Below are positions 1 to 8,871 of a DNA stretch of 64,000 nucleotides, in pieces. The stretch covers positions 2,528,001-2,592,000 of the forward strand of contig OZ220744.1 of the NCBI GenBank assembly GCA_965116925.1, given 5' to 3'. The notes beneath the pieces were generated by a model. That model saw only the letters and a list, made by a program, of their open reading frames with translations. It was not told where the DNA came from and did no database searches. The position numbers were made by a program, and so were the translations under genes. This DNA comes from Candidatus Poribacteria bacterium (GTDB lineage: Bacteria > Poribacteria > WGA-4E > PCPOR2b). Positions within the stretch are counted from its first letter, which is position 1. Every line of letters starts with the position of its first letter.

Positions 1-2
1 TG

Positions 3-338
3 ACAACCGATTTGGCTCCGACTGACCTAACGGAAGCGTTGAAAAATTTGGCCGCTGACACTAATAGTCCTCCAGATGTTGAGGAGGTGCGTTCCCTCGC
101 TATTTCTCTGGCGAGGCACGTAACACCACCCGATGGCATAGGGCTTGCGATGATTGGTCCCTTTGAAGACTTTTCCACCTTTATCGCCCTGAATGGACCG
201 GGGAAGGTTCTTCTCTTTCAACGGAGCCGCAATTATCAGGATTCCGATCATATTCGTAGGTGGTTGGTTGTCCAAGCGTTTGATTGGATTCGCCGGACCT
301 TGTTGGGACAGATGAGGTCGCCGGTGGATTGGAATTGA
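3..338 (+). CDS. 5'-truncated ORF, possibly the C-terminal part of a CinA-like protein
   Basis: Frame is open to the window edge. The C-terminus IRRWLVVQAFDWIRRTLL resembles the CinA C-terminal helix. Confidence 0.4.
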   Translation, partial: TTDLAPTDLTEALKNLAADTNSPPDVEEVRSLAISLARHVTPPDGIGLAMIGPFEDFSTFIALNGPGKVLLFQRSRNYQDSDHIRRWLVVQAFDWIRRTLLGQMRSPVDWN

Positions 339-348
339 CCGAGAGGAG

Positions 349-1326
349 GTGGTGCTAATGAAAGAACTTGGACGGTTAATCAAAGTGCCGCTCAGTAAAT
401 TTTGGGACGATGAAGCGGGTGATTTCACCCCTTGGTTGGCTAGCGAGGAAAATATAGGTCTGCTCGGCGAGACGATTGGAATTGAGTTGGAAGTCGAGGC
501 ACAGGAGAGAAATGTTGGTCCGTTCCGGGCTGATATTTTGTGTAAGGACACAGTAACAGATAGTTGGGTGTTGATTGAAAATCAACTTGAGCGGACAGAT
601 CACAAACATCTCGGACAGTTATTAACTTACGCTGCTGGGTTGGACGCTGTAACGGTGGTCTGGATTGCTGAACGGTTTACAGATGAGCACCGTGCTGCGC
701 TAGACTGGCTCAACGAGATTACGGATGAAAGGTTCAGTTTCTTCGGGCTAGAGATTGAATTGTGGCGGATTGGCGATTCACCGATGGCACTAAAGTTTAA
801 CGTGGTTTCACATCCCAACGACTGGACGAAAACTGTTTCGAGAATATCGCGAGCCGAATTAACTCCCGCACAGCAGTTCTATCTCGAATACTGGACAGGA
901 CTACGAAATCTCCTAGAACAACGCAACGGTGTGATCAAGCCCAGGCAACCTTCACGGGATAATTGGATCTCCTTTGCTGTTGGCCGTTCTGATTTCCATA
1001 TCACTGCTAGAGCTAACGTAAGAGAAAAAAGGATTTATGTTAGGCTCGTGCTTACTGGTGAAGACGCAGAACCTCATTTTTACCTCTTGGGGCAGGATAG
1101 GATAGATATCAAAAAGGAAATTGGTGCCGAATTAGAATGGAACCCCGGGCGAAAGGAGAAACACATAAGCCTCTCTCTGTATGACACCGATCTTGAAGAC
1201 CGCCAAGACTGGAACAGACAGCACCAATGGCTATGTGAACAACTTGAAAATTTTCACAGAGTTTTCTCTCCACGGGTTAAGGGGCTTGATGCCAGCGATT
1301 ATGTCCCTGAAGAAGACGAGCATTAG
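349..1326 (+). CDS. DUF4268-domain protein with N-terminal NucS-like PD-(D/E)xK nuclease fold
   Basis: W..EA.DFTPWL, ADILC...LIENQLE.TDH.HLGQLLTY motifs; GAGGAGG RBS; paralog at 49987. Confidence 0.8.
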   Translation: MVLMKELGRLIKVPLSKFWDDEAGDFTPWLASEENIGLLGETIGIELEVEAQERNVGPFRADILCKDTVTDSWVLIENQLERTDHKHLGQLLTYAAGLDAVTVVWIAERFTDEHRAALDWLNEITDERFSFFGLEIELWRIGDSPMALKFNVVSHPNDWTKTVSRISRAELTPAQQFYLEYWTGLRNLLEQRNGVIKPRQPSRDNWISFAVGRSDFHITARANVREKRIYVRLVLTGEDAEPHFYLLGQDRIDIKKEIGAELEWNPGRKEKHISLSLYDTDLEDRQDWNRQHQWLCEQLENFHRVFSPRVKGLDASDYVPEEDEH

Positions 1327-1456
1327 TGTAGGTTGGGTTGAACGATTAGACGCGAACCTCAATCAAGGATTGAGCTTACCCCCATCCTTTAGACAGCGAT
1401 GAATGGGATTTAAGATATAAAATCTGAGCAACGTGGTCCAGTGTAAACGCCTGATT

Positions 1457-2302
1457 TTACTGGAAATACACCTCGTGAGGTGTTCGATAGTTAAGTGCTT
1501 GATGAAACCGGTGTTGATTGTAAAAGTTGAAATAATCTCTCAATCGACAACAAGCCGTAGTCACCGAATCATAGTCGTTGAGATAAACCTCCTCATACTT
1601 GACACTGCGCCAAAGCCGTTCAATGAAGATATTGTCAAAATAGCTACCTCTTCCGTCCCAACTGATGGCAATATCAGCGGCTTTGAGTCGATTAGTAAAG
1701 GCATCAGAAGTGAACTGACTGCCTTGGTCATTGTTGAATATCAAGGGTTTGGATTGGCTAAGGGCACGTTCGAGAGCCGATAGACAAAAGTATACGTCGA
1801 GTGAGTTTGACAGTTCCCACGACAACACATACCGGGAGAACCAATCCATAACCGCTACCAGATACACAAACCCACTGGTCAGGCGAATATAGGTGATATC
1901 CGTTGCCCAAACCTGATTGGGTCTAATGATACTTAGTCCCTTGAGTAAATAGGGATACGTTTTCGATGGGTTGCCCGTAGCTGAAGCTGTGGGTTTGGGA
2001 TAGATAGCCGCTAATCCCATCTTCCGCATCAACCGTGCCACCCGTTTTGGGTTGATACTATAGCCTTCAGAACGCAACCATGCGGTCAATCGAGGCACGC
2101 CGTAAAACGGTGTTTTTGTGTACTGCTCATCTATCAACCGCATGTAGCGTAGATTTTGTGCCGATTCGCCTATAGGCTGGTAATAGAACGAGGCTCTAGC
2201 CAAGCCTAACAGCTCACATTGTCTGACAACCGAAAGACCATGGCACGTCTTGTCAATCAACTGTCGTTTCTGTTCAACGGAAAGGTTGAGTTTTTTTTTC
2301 AA
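1457..2302 (-). CDS. IS3 transposase OrfB (DDE integrase core)
   Basis: W.TDITYI, DQGSQFTS, DNIFIERLWRSVKYE motifs. Confidence 0.92.
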   Translation of the reverse strand: MKKKLNLSVEQKRQLIDKTCHGLSVVRQCELLGLARASFYYQPIGESAQNLRYMRLIDEQYTKTPFYGVPRLTAWLRSEGYSINPKRVARLMRKMGLAAIYPKPTASATGNPSKTYPYLLKGLSIIRPNQVWATDITYIRLTSGFVYLVAVMDWFSRYVLSWELSNSLDVYFCLSALERALSQSKPLIFNNDQGSQFTSDAFTNRLKAADIAISWDGRGSYFDNIFIERLWRSVKYEEVYLNDYDSVTTACCRLRDYFNFYNQHRFHQALNYRTPHEVYFQ

Positions 2303-2566
2303 GCCAGTCCAACTCCACCTTCAACTGACCGATTTGACGATACAGTTCTGCTACTAACTGGTCGGTGTCAGCCTCCGCTTTTGTTTTGAGCGTCCGTTGG
2401 TAAACAATTGAGGTAATTGCTCAAGCACCTGTTTCTTCCATTGGTTGACTTGAGTCGGGTGCACTCCATATGCACTGGCTATCTGAGCGACTGTTTGTTG
2501 ATTTTTTATCGCTTCAATAGCCACCTGTGCTTTAAATTGACTCGTGTACTGCTTTCTACGGGACAT
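2275..2566 (-). pseudogene. IS3 transposase OrfA (HTH), frameshifted as sequenced
   Basis: ATG at 2566 after AAAGGAG; MSRRKQYTSQFKAQVA...HPTQVNQWKKQ stops at 2354, while the typical ELYRQIGQLKVELDWL tail lies in another frame. Confidence 0.75.
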
Positions 2567-2809
2567 GGGGGTGAAAACTCCTTTCTTTGTTAGGCGTTTC
2601 TGACCCATATTCTCGCACAGATGACGACTGTTTTATAGTCCAAAATATATCTTATTCAGGTGCCCAGGTTTTGGGGGTAATTACAGATAATAGAGGTGAG
2701 GGCTTTCAACAACACTGTCTTATAGATAGATCGAGTGAAACCCAACACGCAATTCAACCGACAAACACACGTACAGCCATTGGTATGTCACCTCCGTAAC
2801 ACAGCTATG

Positions 2810-3283
2810 CTAAAGACGTTCTTCCTCTAGATCGTATACGTCGAACCAAACGTAAACAGGACGATGCTTCGGAACAGATTCTTCTATGTACTCTTCAAGA
2901 TATTCCTGTGCGCCATCGGGCATCTCGCTGATGCGCATATCTCGCAATCGGTAGTTCCAGCGAATGATTTCCATCTTATCCTGAATCTTCGATTTCGATT
3001 TTAACCATTCAGCGATGTCATCATCAGTTGCCCCAGTTGCGACAAACTCTTTGAAATCTTCTTGGGTAATGCCGGTGAAGTCAAACAGATGAGAAGCGAG
3101 GGAACAGGGGTAATAATTATATTCACCGTTAATTCCAAGCAGTGCTGCACGGCATTTGTCGACACTCCTTGCAGCAATCACGTATCCTCCTAATGTTTCT
3201 CTTGGACTTCGAGGATATTCTTTCGTTAAATCTTTGGCGAGAAGCGACAGTTTTTCTCGGTTCACGGTTTTGATCTCCTTCAA
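2810..3283 (-). CDS. DUF5069-family protein
   Basis: PRSPRETLGGY..AAR..DKCRA motif; start codon uncertain. Confidence 0.75.
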   Translation of the reverse strand: MKEIKTVNREKLSLLAKDLTKEYPRSPRETLGGYVIAARSVDKCRAALLGINGEYNYYPCSLASHLFDFTGITQEDFKEFVATGATDDDIAEWLKSKSKIQDKMEIIRWNYRLRDMRISEMPDGAQEYLEEYIEESVPKHRPVYVWFDVYDLEEERL

Positions 3284-3306
3284 TGTGATATAGGACTTTC
3301 AGAAAC

Positions 3307-3458
3307 TATAGTGAATTCTAAAAATAAATAAACACTTTCACCTCCCCCGCCTCGAATAGGCGCAGTTGGAAACAGCACCTACCAAACGGTGGAATGGTAA
3401 TTTCGTTTTTCTAACCGCACCGGTTTGGAGTGTCTCATTAATTCTAAGGTCCACTATA
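3307..3458. mobile_element. Correia-like MITE, copy 1
   Basis: Ends TATAGTGAATTCTAAAAAT ... AATTCTAAGGTCCACTATA form an imperfect TIR with TA termini; homologous ends at 22240-22341 and 38324-38461. Confidence 0.6.
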
Positions 3459-3581
3459 AAAAGGGAGTTGCTTTTTAAGTATAACGCAAGTTGCTAAATT
3501 CTGTTGACATTTCACATACTGTGCGGTAATTTGCACAATGGTTACGGCACACGGAGTGTGCCTACTACTATTTTATCATAA

Positions 3582-5231
3582 ATGGAAAATGGGATTGATA
3601 CCGCCACAGCCACAACCTCTGATGACCAGCAGCGCGTCACCCGATCTGCGGGGATCGTTAGTATCGCTGTGATGGCGTCGCGCCTGCTTGGGTTGGTGCG
3701 TGAGAAGGTGATCGCCTACTACTTTGCCGCCGGTGTCGGCGGTGATGCGTTCTATGCGGCGTTTCGGATCCCGAACCTGATGCGCGATCTGTTTGGGGAA
3801 GGAGCGTTAAGCAAGGCGTTTGTCACGACGTTTACAGCGACCGAGTTGGAGGAGGGTGAAGAGGCTGCTTGGCGTCTGGCGAGTCGGGTTTTCAACGCAA
3901 CTTTTCTGCTGCTCACGCTGATAACGGTCGTTGGGATTTTCGCTGCTCCTGCTATCGTAGATCTGATATTCACCGGCAAGGGGTTTCAGGAGGTGCCGCT
4001 CGACCCGTCGGAACATTTCGGCTTTGAATCTAAACGCGATCTGACCGTTTATCTGACGCAGATTATGTTTCCGTACCTGATCTTAGTTTCGTTGGCTGCG
4101 GTGACGATGGGGCTTCTCAACAGCAAGGGCAAGTTTGGGTTGCCCGCCTCGGCGTCCTCTTTTTTTAACGTTGGATCGCTGATCGTCGGGGTGTGGGGTT
4201 ACTACCTCGCACCGAGTTTTGAGCTGCACCGGACAACGGGGATGGCAGTTGGCGTATTGGTTGGGGGTGCGTTACAGTTTTTTATTCAGGTGCCTTCAAT
4301 GCGGCGCGTCGGATTCCGGTATCAGCCGCTTCTCAGTTTTCGCGATGAACGGGTGCGACAGGTGATGCGACTTATTGGACCTACGATCCTTGGGGTTGCT
4401 GCGTTGCAGCTGAACGTATTGGTCAACTCGATCTTTGCATCAGAGGGAGAGGGTTGGCTGACTTGGATTAACCGTGCTTTTCGGTTGATGCACCTACCGA
4501 TCGGTGTCTTTGGCGTTGCAATCTCGACGGTTGCCCTGCCGAATCTAGCGAAACTAGTCGCAAAGGGGGACATGGAGGCGTATCGTCGTGCTTTCTCGTA
4601 CGCGCTCCGTCTCATGTTTCTGCTGACAGTGCCTGCGTCGGTTGGGCTGATGGTGCTCGCTGAGCCGATCTGTCGCCTGATTTTTGAGGGTGGACAGGCG
4701 AACCCCTTGGATACACAACAGACGGCGGTCGCGCTGTTTTACTACGGCTTTGGGTTGTGCGGTTTTTCGGCGGTCAAGATTACGACGGATGGGTTTTATA
4801 CCTTCAATGATACACGCACACCCGCTGTGGTCAGCCTGTGCACCGTCGGACTCAATATCACCCTGAACTACCTCTTTATCTATCGACTCGGTTTTGACCA
4901 CCGGTCGCTTGCGCTGTCTACCTCCTGCACGATTACGTTGAATTTTCTCGTGCTGCTGTTTCTTTTGCGGGGGAAGGCTGAGGGATTGGGATTAGGCGGG
5001 ATCTGGCTGCTGCTGATTAAACTGGCGGTTGCTTCTGCTGTTATGGGGTGTGTCTGCTGGTGGGGGTACACGCAGATTGAGGGTTGGCTTGGTGTGGAGC
5101 GCATTATCGCCCGGCTCATCGGTGTGTTTATTCCGATCGGGTTGGGGGTAGCCGTTTTGGTGGTGGGAGCCAAGTTGATGCGGATCCGGGAGTTGGATCA
5201 GTTGTTGGGGGCGATTGCTCGACGGCTCTAG
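3582..5231 (+). CDS. murJ: Lipid II flippase MurJ (MviN)
   Basis: SRLLGLVRE...DAFYAAFRIPNLMRDLFGEGALS signature; many TM helices. Confidence 0.95.
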   Translation: MENGIDTATATTSDDQQRVTRSAGIVSIAVMASRLLGLVREKVIAYYFAAGVGGDAFYAAFRIPNLMRDLFGEGALSKAFVTTFTATELEEGEEAAWRLASRVFNATFLLLTLITVVGIFAAPAIVDLIFTGKGFQEVPLDPSEHFGFESKRDLTVYLTQIMFPYLILVSLAAVTMGLLNSKGKFGLPASASSFFNVGSLIVGVWGYYLAPSFELHRTTGMAVGVLVGGALQFFIQVPSMRRVGFRYQPLLSFRDERVRQVMRLIGPTILGVAALQLNVLVNSIFASEGEGWLTWINRAFRLMHLPIGVFGVAISTVALPNLAKLVAKGDMEAYRRAFSYALRLMFLLTVPASVGLMVLAEPICRLIFEGGQANPLDTQQTAVALFYYGFGLCGFSAVKITTDGFYTFNDTRTPAVVSLCTVGLNITLNYLFIYRLGFDHRSLALSTSCTITLNFLVLLFLLRGKAEGLGLGGIWLLLIKLAVASAVMGCVCWWGYTQIEGWLGVERIIARLIGVFIPIGLGVAVLVVGAKLMRIRELDQLLGAIARRL

Positions 5232-5421
5232 TGGTTCATTGGTACACTAAACTGGCAAACGATGTATATTGTGCTCCTCTGGAGCACGGATATTAGATAC
5301 ATCGCCTTTCTATAGACATATCGCTCCTCTGGAGCGAAGGATTAAGTGATCGATGGGCGGGAAGACCCCGCCCCTACGGTAATATCACGGCGGTTACGGC
5401 ATACGGCGTATGCCTACTACT

Positions 5422-6186
5422 TTAATAATTTTCGTGGCGTATAACTGTTGAGGAGGGGAGGCGGACGGATTTACTGCGTGTTGGGTCCACATAGCCGAGG
5501 CGTAGTAGGGTGATGACTTCGTGGGAGTTGGGGATATTGAAGATGTCCTGAATCCGCTCTCGGTCTGCTTGACGCTCTAGTGGTGCACTGACAAACTGGG
5601 TGCCGATGCCTAGCGATGTTGCGGTCAGGAGCAGATTTTGGATGGCGGCTCCCATACCCAACCACATCCACCGATTGCCGCCTTCGCCGGGTGGGTGTTT
5701 TGTGGTATCCATCAGGATGAGGATGAGCAGCGGTGCAGTACGAACAAGCTCGGAGATCTCTTTGGCGGGCAGCTTGCCTGCTCCGAGATGTCCCAGAATG
5801 CTGAGATGTTTTGCATGTTTCAGCAGCGGCTTGAGTTTACTTGGATCTTTGCGGAACACGGGCGGAAGGTCAACATGATCGGTCAGCAGCACACCATCGC
5901 CGCGTTCTTCCCATTCCGCTTCCGTCAAGCGCATCCAGCGGCTATTGTCGTCTAGGAAGGTGCTGTCTTTGAATTGGTCGACGACGCTCTGTGCGGTCAA
6001 CTCGGCGATGGCATTTTTCCCGTCAGCTTCACGTATGATGAGGAACTCCCAAGGCTGTGTGTTGAATGGCGAGGGCGCCCACTGCGCTGCTTGGATGAGT
6101 TGGTTAAGGTCTTCTTGAGAAATCGCGTCCGTGCGAAATTCTCCGCGATGCGTCCGGCGTTGGGTGATAGCGTCGAAAAGTTCCAT
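5422..6186 (-). CDS. Nitroreductase-family protein
   Basis: AITQRRT.R..F, WAPSPFNTQPWEF, GAAIQNLLL.A..LGIG; ATG at 6186 with AGGAG RBS. Confidence 0.88.
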   Translation of the reverse strand: MELFDAITQRRTHRGEFRTDAISQEDLNQLIQAAQWAPSPFNTQPWEFLIIREADGKNAIAELTAQSVVDQFKDSTFLDDNSRWMRLTEAEWEERGDGVLLTDHVDLPPVFRKDPSKLKPLLKHAKHLSILGHLGAGKLPAKEISELVRTAPLLILILMDTTKHPPGEGGNRWMWLGMGAAIQNLLLTATSLGIGTQFVSAPLERQADRERIQDIFNIPNSHEVITLLRLGYVDPTRSKSVRLPSSTVIRHENY

Positions 6187-6218
6187 AGCGATCTCCTGAC
6201 ATACTTTGAGGAAAGAAA

Positions 6219-7448
6219 ATGGCACAACAAACAGAAATTTTAATCGTCGGTGGCGGGATATGGGGACTGAGTACCGCCTACCATTTGGCAAAGTTTGGAC
6301 AAAAGGATATTCTCGTTCTCGAACGCAACGATGCAATTGCTGAGGAGACGACCCCCCAAGCTGCGGGACTGGTCGGTCAGATTCGTGCCTCGGTTACCAT
6401 GTTGCAGGCGATCCGATACGCGCTTGAACTGTTCTCTCAGTTCCCAAAGGAGACCGGACATGACCCCGGTCTGCGTCAGACTGGCAGCCTGATGGTCGCG
6501 CTCACGCCAGAACGGATGGAAGCCTACGCACGTCAAATTGAACGATCTCACCGCAACGGAATTGAAGCGGATTTTGTTTCACACGCTGAGATGGCTCGTC
6601 TCGCTCCTGCGATGGATCCCACCAAGGTTGAGGGCGGTTATTTCGTCCCGAACGATGGATACGTCGATCCGCAGCAGTGCGCTCGCGCTTATGCCGCCGC
6701 AGCGAAAGATTTGGGGGTTCAAATCCAACTGAACACACCCGTAACAGGCTTTCGGCAGCACAACGGGGAGGTCCTCGGTGTTGAGACAGAAAATGGCTTT
6801 ATCGGGTCAAATCACCTCGTGATAACCGCAGGACCGTGGGGTGCTGGGCTCGCCAAAGAGGTTGGCGCGACCTCGGCGGTGCAACCGATCCGCCATCAAC
6901 GGGCTCGCACCGTGCCGACCCCCGGCATCCCCGACCATCATCCAGCCGTGCGTGTTACCGATGTCAGTTGCTATCTGAGACCTGACAAGGGAGGTTATCT
7001 CTACGGATTCTTTGAACCGACACCGGTCAGCATCAATTTGGAAACGATGCCCGCCAACTTTAGGACGGGGGATATTGAACCGCCTGTAGAGGTCATGGTA
7101 GAGGCGCAGAGACGGCTTGTCCCAACTTTCCCGATTCTGAAAGCCCTTGAAATCGCTGAGTATCGACGCGGCATGACTACATTCGCACCCGACGGTGCTT
7201 ATCTGATTGGTCCGGTGCCGGGGATTGATCGACTCTACTTAGCCACCGGTTGCGCTGCATTGGGAATTGCCGGTTCCCCGGCAGTCGGTCGATGGCTGGC
7301 AAATTGGATAATCGACGGGGATCCCGGCGAAGATTTAGCTATGTTTTCGCACCAACGGTTCGGAGCTCAAGCCGCCGATCAGGAATGGTTGCGTCGAGAG
7401 AGCGAACAGTTTTACGCAAACTACTACGGCATCCGATCCGATGAATGA
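6219..7448 (+). CDS. FAD-dependent oxidoreductase (DAO / sarcosine oxidase beta / dimethylglycine dehydrogenase N-terminal-like)
   Basis: IVGGGIWGLSTAYHLA Rossmann motif, TTPQAAGLV, DGYVDP, FAPDG. Confidence 0.88.
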   Translation: MAQQTEILIVGGGIWGLSTAYHLAKFGQKDILVLERNDAIAEETTPQAAGLVGQIRASVTMLQAIRYALELFSQFPKETGHDPGLRQTGSLMVALTPERMEAYARQIERSHRNGIEADFVSHAEMARLAPAMDPTKVEGGYFVPNDGYVDPQQCARAYAAAAKDLGVQIQLNTPVTGFRQHNGEVLGVETENGFIGSNHLVITAGPWGAGLAKEVGATSAVQPIRHQRARTVPTPGIPDHHPAVRVTDVSCYLRPDKGGYLYGFFEPTPVSINLETMPANFRTGDIEPPVEVMVEAQRRLVPTFPILKALEIAEYRRGMTTFAPDGAYLIGPVPGIDRLYLATGCAALGIAGSPAVGRWLANWIIDGDPGEDLAMFSHQRFGAQAADQEWLRRESEQFYANYYGIRSDE

Positions 7449-7574
7449 AACGTGATGCGTGAAACGTAAATTGGTCCATTAGTTCATCGGTTCATTTTGA
7501 TTCCCGTAGACTCGTACTAATCTGCGGGGGTTGAATAAGCCTCTCAAGTTCTTGGAAATGCACGAAGGTTAGCA

Positions 7575-8456
7575 ATGACGAAACAGCACGACGATATAGA
7601 CGAAACGAATCCTAGTCCTGAACCTGTTGGACGTCAGCGGGCGATACGGGTTGATGTGCCGACGAATCTAGATAACATTCGGGTTATTCTGTTTGAGCCG
7701 CGTGAGCCGGGCAACATTGGATCGGCGGCGCGGGCGTTGAAGGGGATGGGACTTTCCCAACTATACCTTGTGAATCCTATCCCGTTTCTTGAGGCGAAAC
7801 CGACATGGTATATGGCGCACGGTGCGACGGATGTTATCGAGAATTGCTGCGTCGTAGAGACGTTGGATGATGCGCTCGAAGGGGTTCAGTTTCTCGTCGG
7901 CACGACCCATCGGCGGCGCGATCCCAGACTGCCGCCCTCCGTCTCCGCAAGAGAAGCAGCGCAGGAGATTGCCTCTATTTCACAGAATCAGCGGGTCGGG
8001 CTGCTGTTTGGACGCGAGGATTTTGGGCTATCCACCTCGCAGATCAGCCGCTGTCAGTTGATAGCAAGCGTCCCGATGGCTGCGAAAAATCCGTCCCTAA
8101 ATCTGGCACAGGCGGTGCAGGTTTTTGCCTACGAAGTTTTTCTCGCCAGTGCGGGGGACATCCCGCCAGCGGAATTAGAGTACGCCGATGCCAACGAGAT
8201 CGAGGCGTTTTACGGGCGCATTACAAACCTTCTACAACGGATCGGTGTTACGCCTTACAATCACGATTGGGAGACCTTTTTGAAATCGTTGCGGCGTGTG
8301 TTTTCGCGGACGCGGTTGGAGCAGCGGGATATCGCCACATTGGACATGATCTTCTCGACGACGTTGCGTTACATCACGCGACTCAACCGTCGCCTCACAG
8401 ATCAGTCAGATACCCCTTCCGCAGACCCCTCAGAGGAGGGCGATCTCAACACTTGA
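7575..8456 (+). CDS. trmJ: TrmJ/LasT-family SPOUT RNA methyltransferase
   Basis: PGNIGSAARALKGMG, LLFGRE..GL, SLNLAQAV motifs. Confidence 0.88.
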   Translation: MTKQHDDIDETNPSPEPVGRQRAIRVDVPTNLDNIRVILFEPREPGNIGSAARALKGMGLSQLYLVNPIPFLEAKPTWYMAHGATDVIENCCVVETLDDALEGVQFLVGTTHRRRDPRLPPSVSAREAAQEIASISQNQRVGLLFGREDFGLSTSQISRCQLIASVPMAAKNPSLNLAQAVQVFAYEVFLASAGDIPPAELEYADANEIEAFYGRITNLLQRIGVTPYNHDWETFLKSLRRVFSRTRLEQRDIATLDMIFSTTLRYITRLNRRLTDQSDTPSADPSEEGDLNT

Positions 8457-8754
8457 CCTTAATCTCATCGTCCTCAACGACCACTTCGTATGATCTGACG
8501 CGGAGTCGCTCATCCGTATAACAGCGTCCGTTTGTAACATCGTATGCGTAGCTGTGAACTGGGCAGATTACCGCCCCATTCCTGACACGTCCTCTGCCAA
8601 GAGGACCTAGCGCATGGGCACACGCATTGTTTAAGGCGTAGAAATTCTCGCCGTCGGCGTTGAAAACTGCAATCCGCTTCCCGTTGACGGTGAACGCCTT
8701 GCCCCGTCCCTGCCGAATATCCGACGTTTTTGCAACCGTTACAAAATCTGACAC
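8446..8754 (-). CDS. Rieske [2Fe-2S] ferredoxin
   Basis: CAH...CPVH ligands; GTG start at 8754 after AAGGAG. Confidence 0.88.
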   Translation of the reverse strand: MSDFVTVAKTSDIRQGRGKAFTVNGKRIAVFNADGENFYALNNACAHALGPLGRGRVRNGAVICPVHSYAYDVTNGRCYTDERLRVRSYEVVVEDDEIKVKC

Positions 8755-8871
8755 GGTTCTCTCCTTTCTCCTCAACTGTATTCACCCAATCTGTAGGTCG
8801 ATTTTCTAAAACCGACATGCCGTGTCGAGATATGAATCTTGACCTACACGCTGAGCAGTTCTCAATTATAT

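Larger units (their letters stand above)
1371..2685 (-). mobile_element. IS3-family insertion sequence (~1315 bp)
   Basis: Imperfect terminal IRs TGAGCTTACCCCCAT / TGTAATTACCCCCAA (5'-TG...CA-3'); GAT on both flanks (1368-1370, 2686-2688); orfA and orfB inside. Confidence 0.9.

Noticed and set aside
27..551. 174-aa minus-strand ORF
   Set aside because: Antisense to two better-supported genes.
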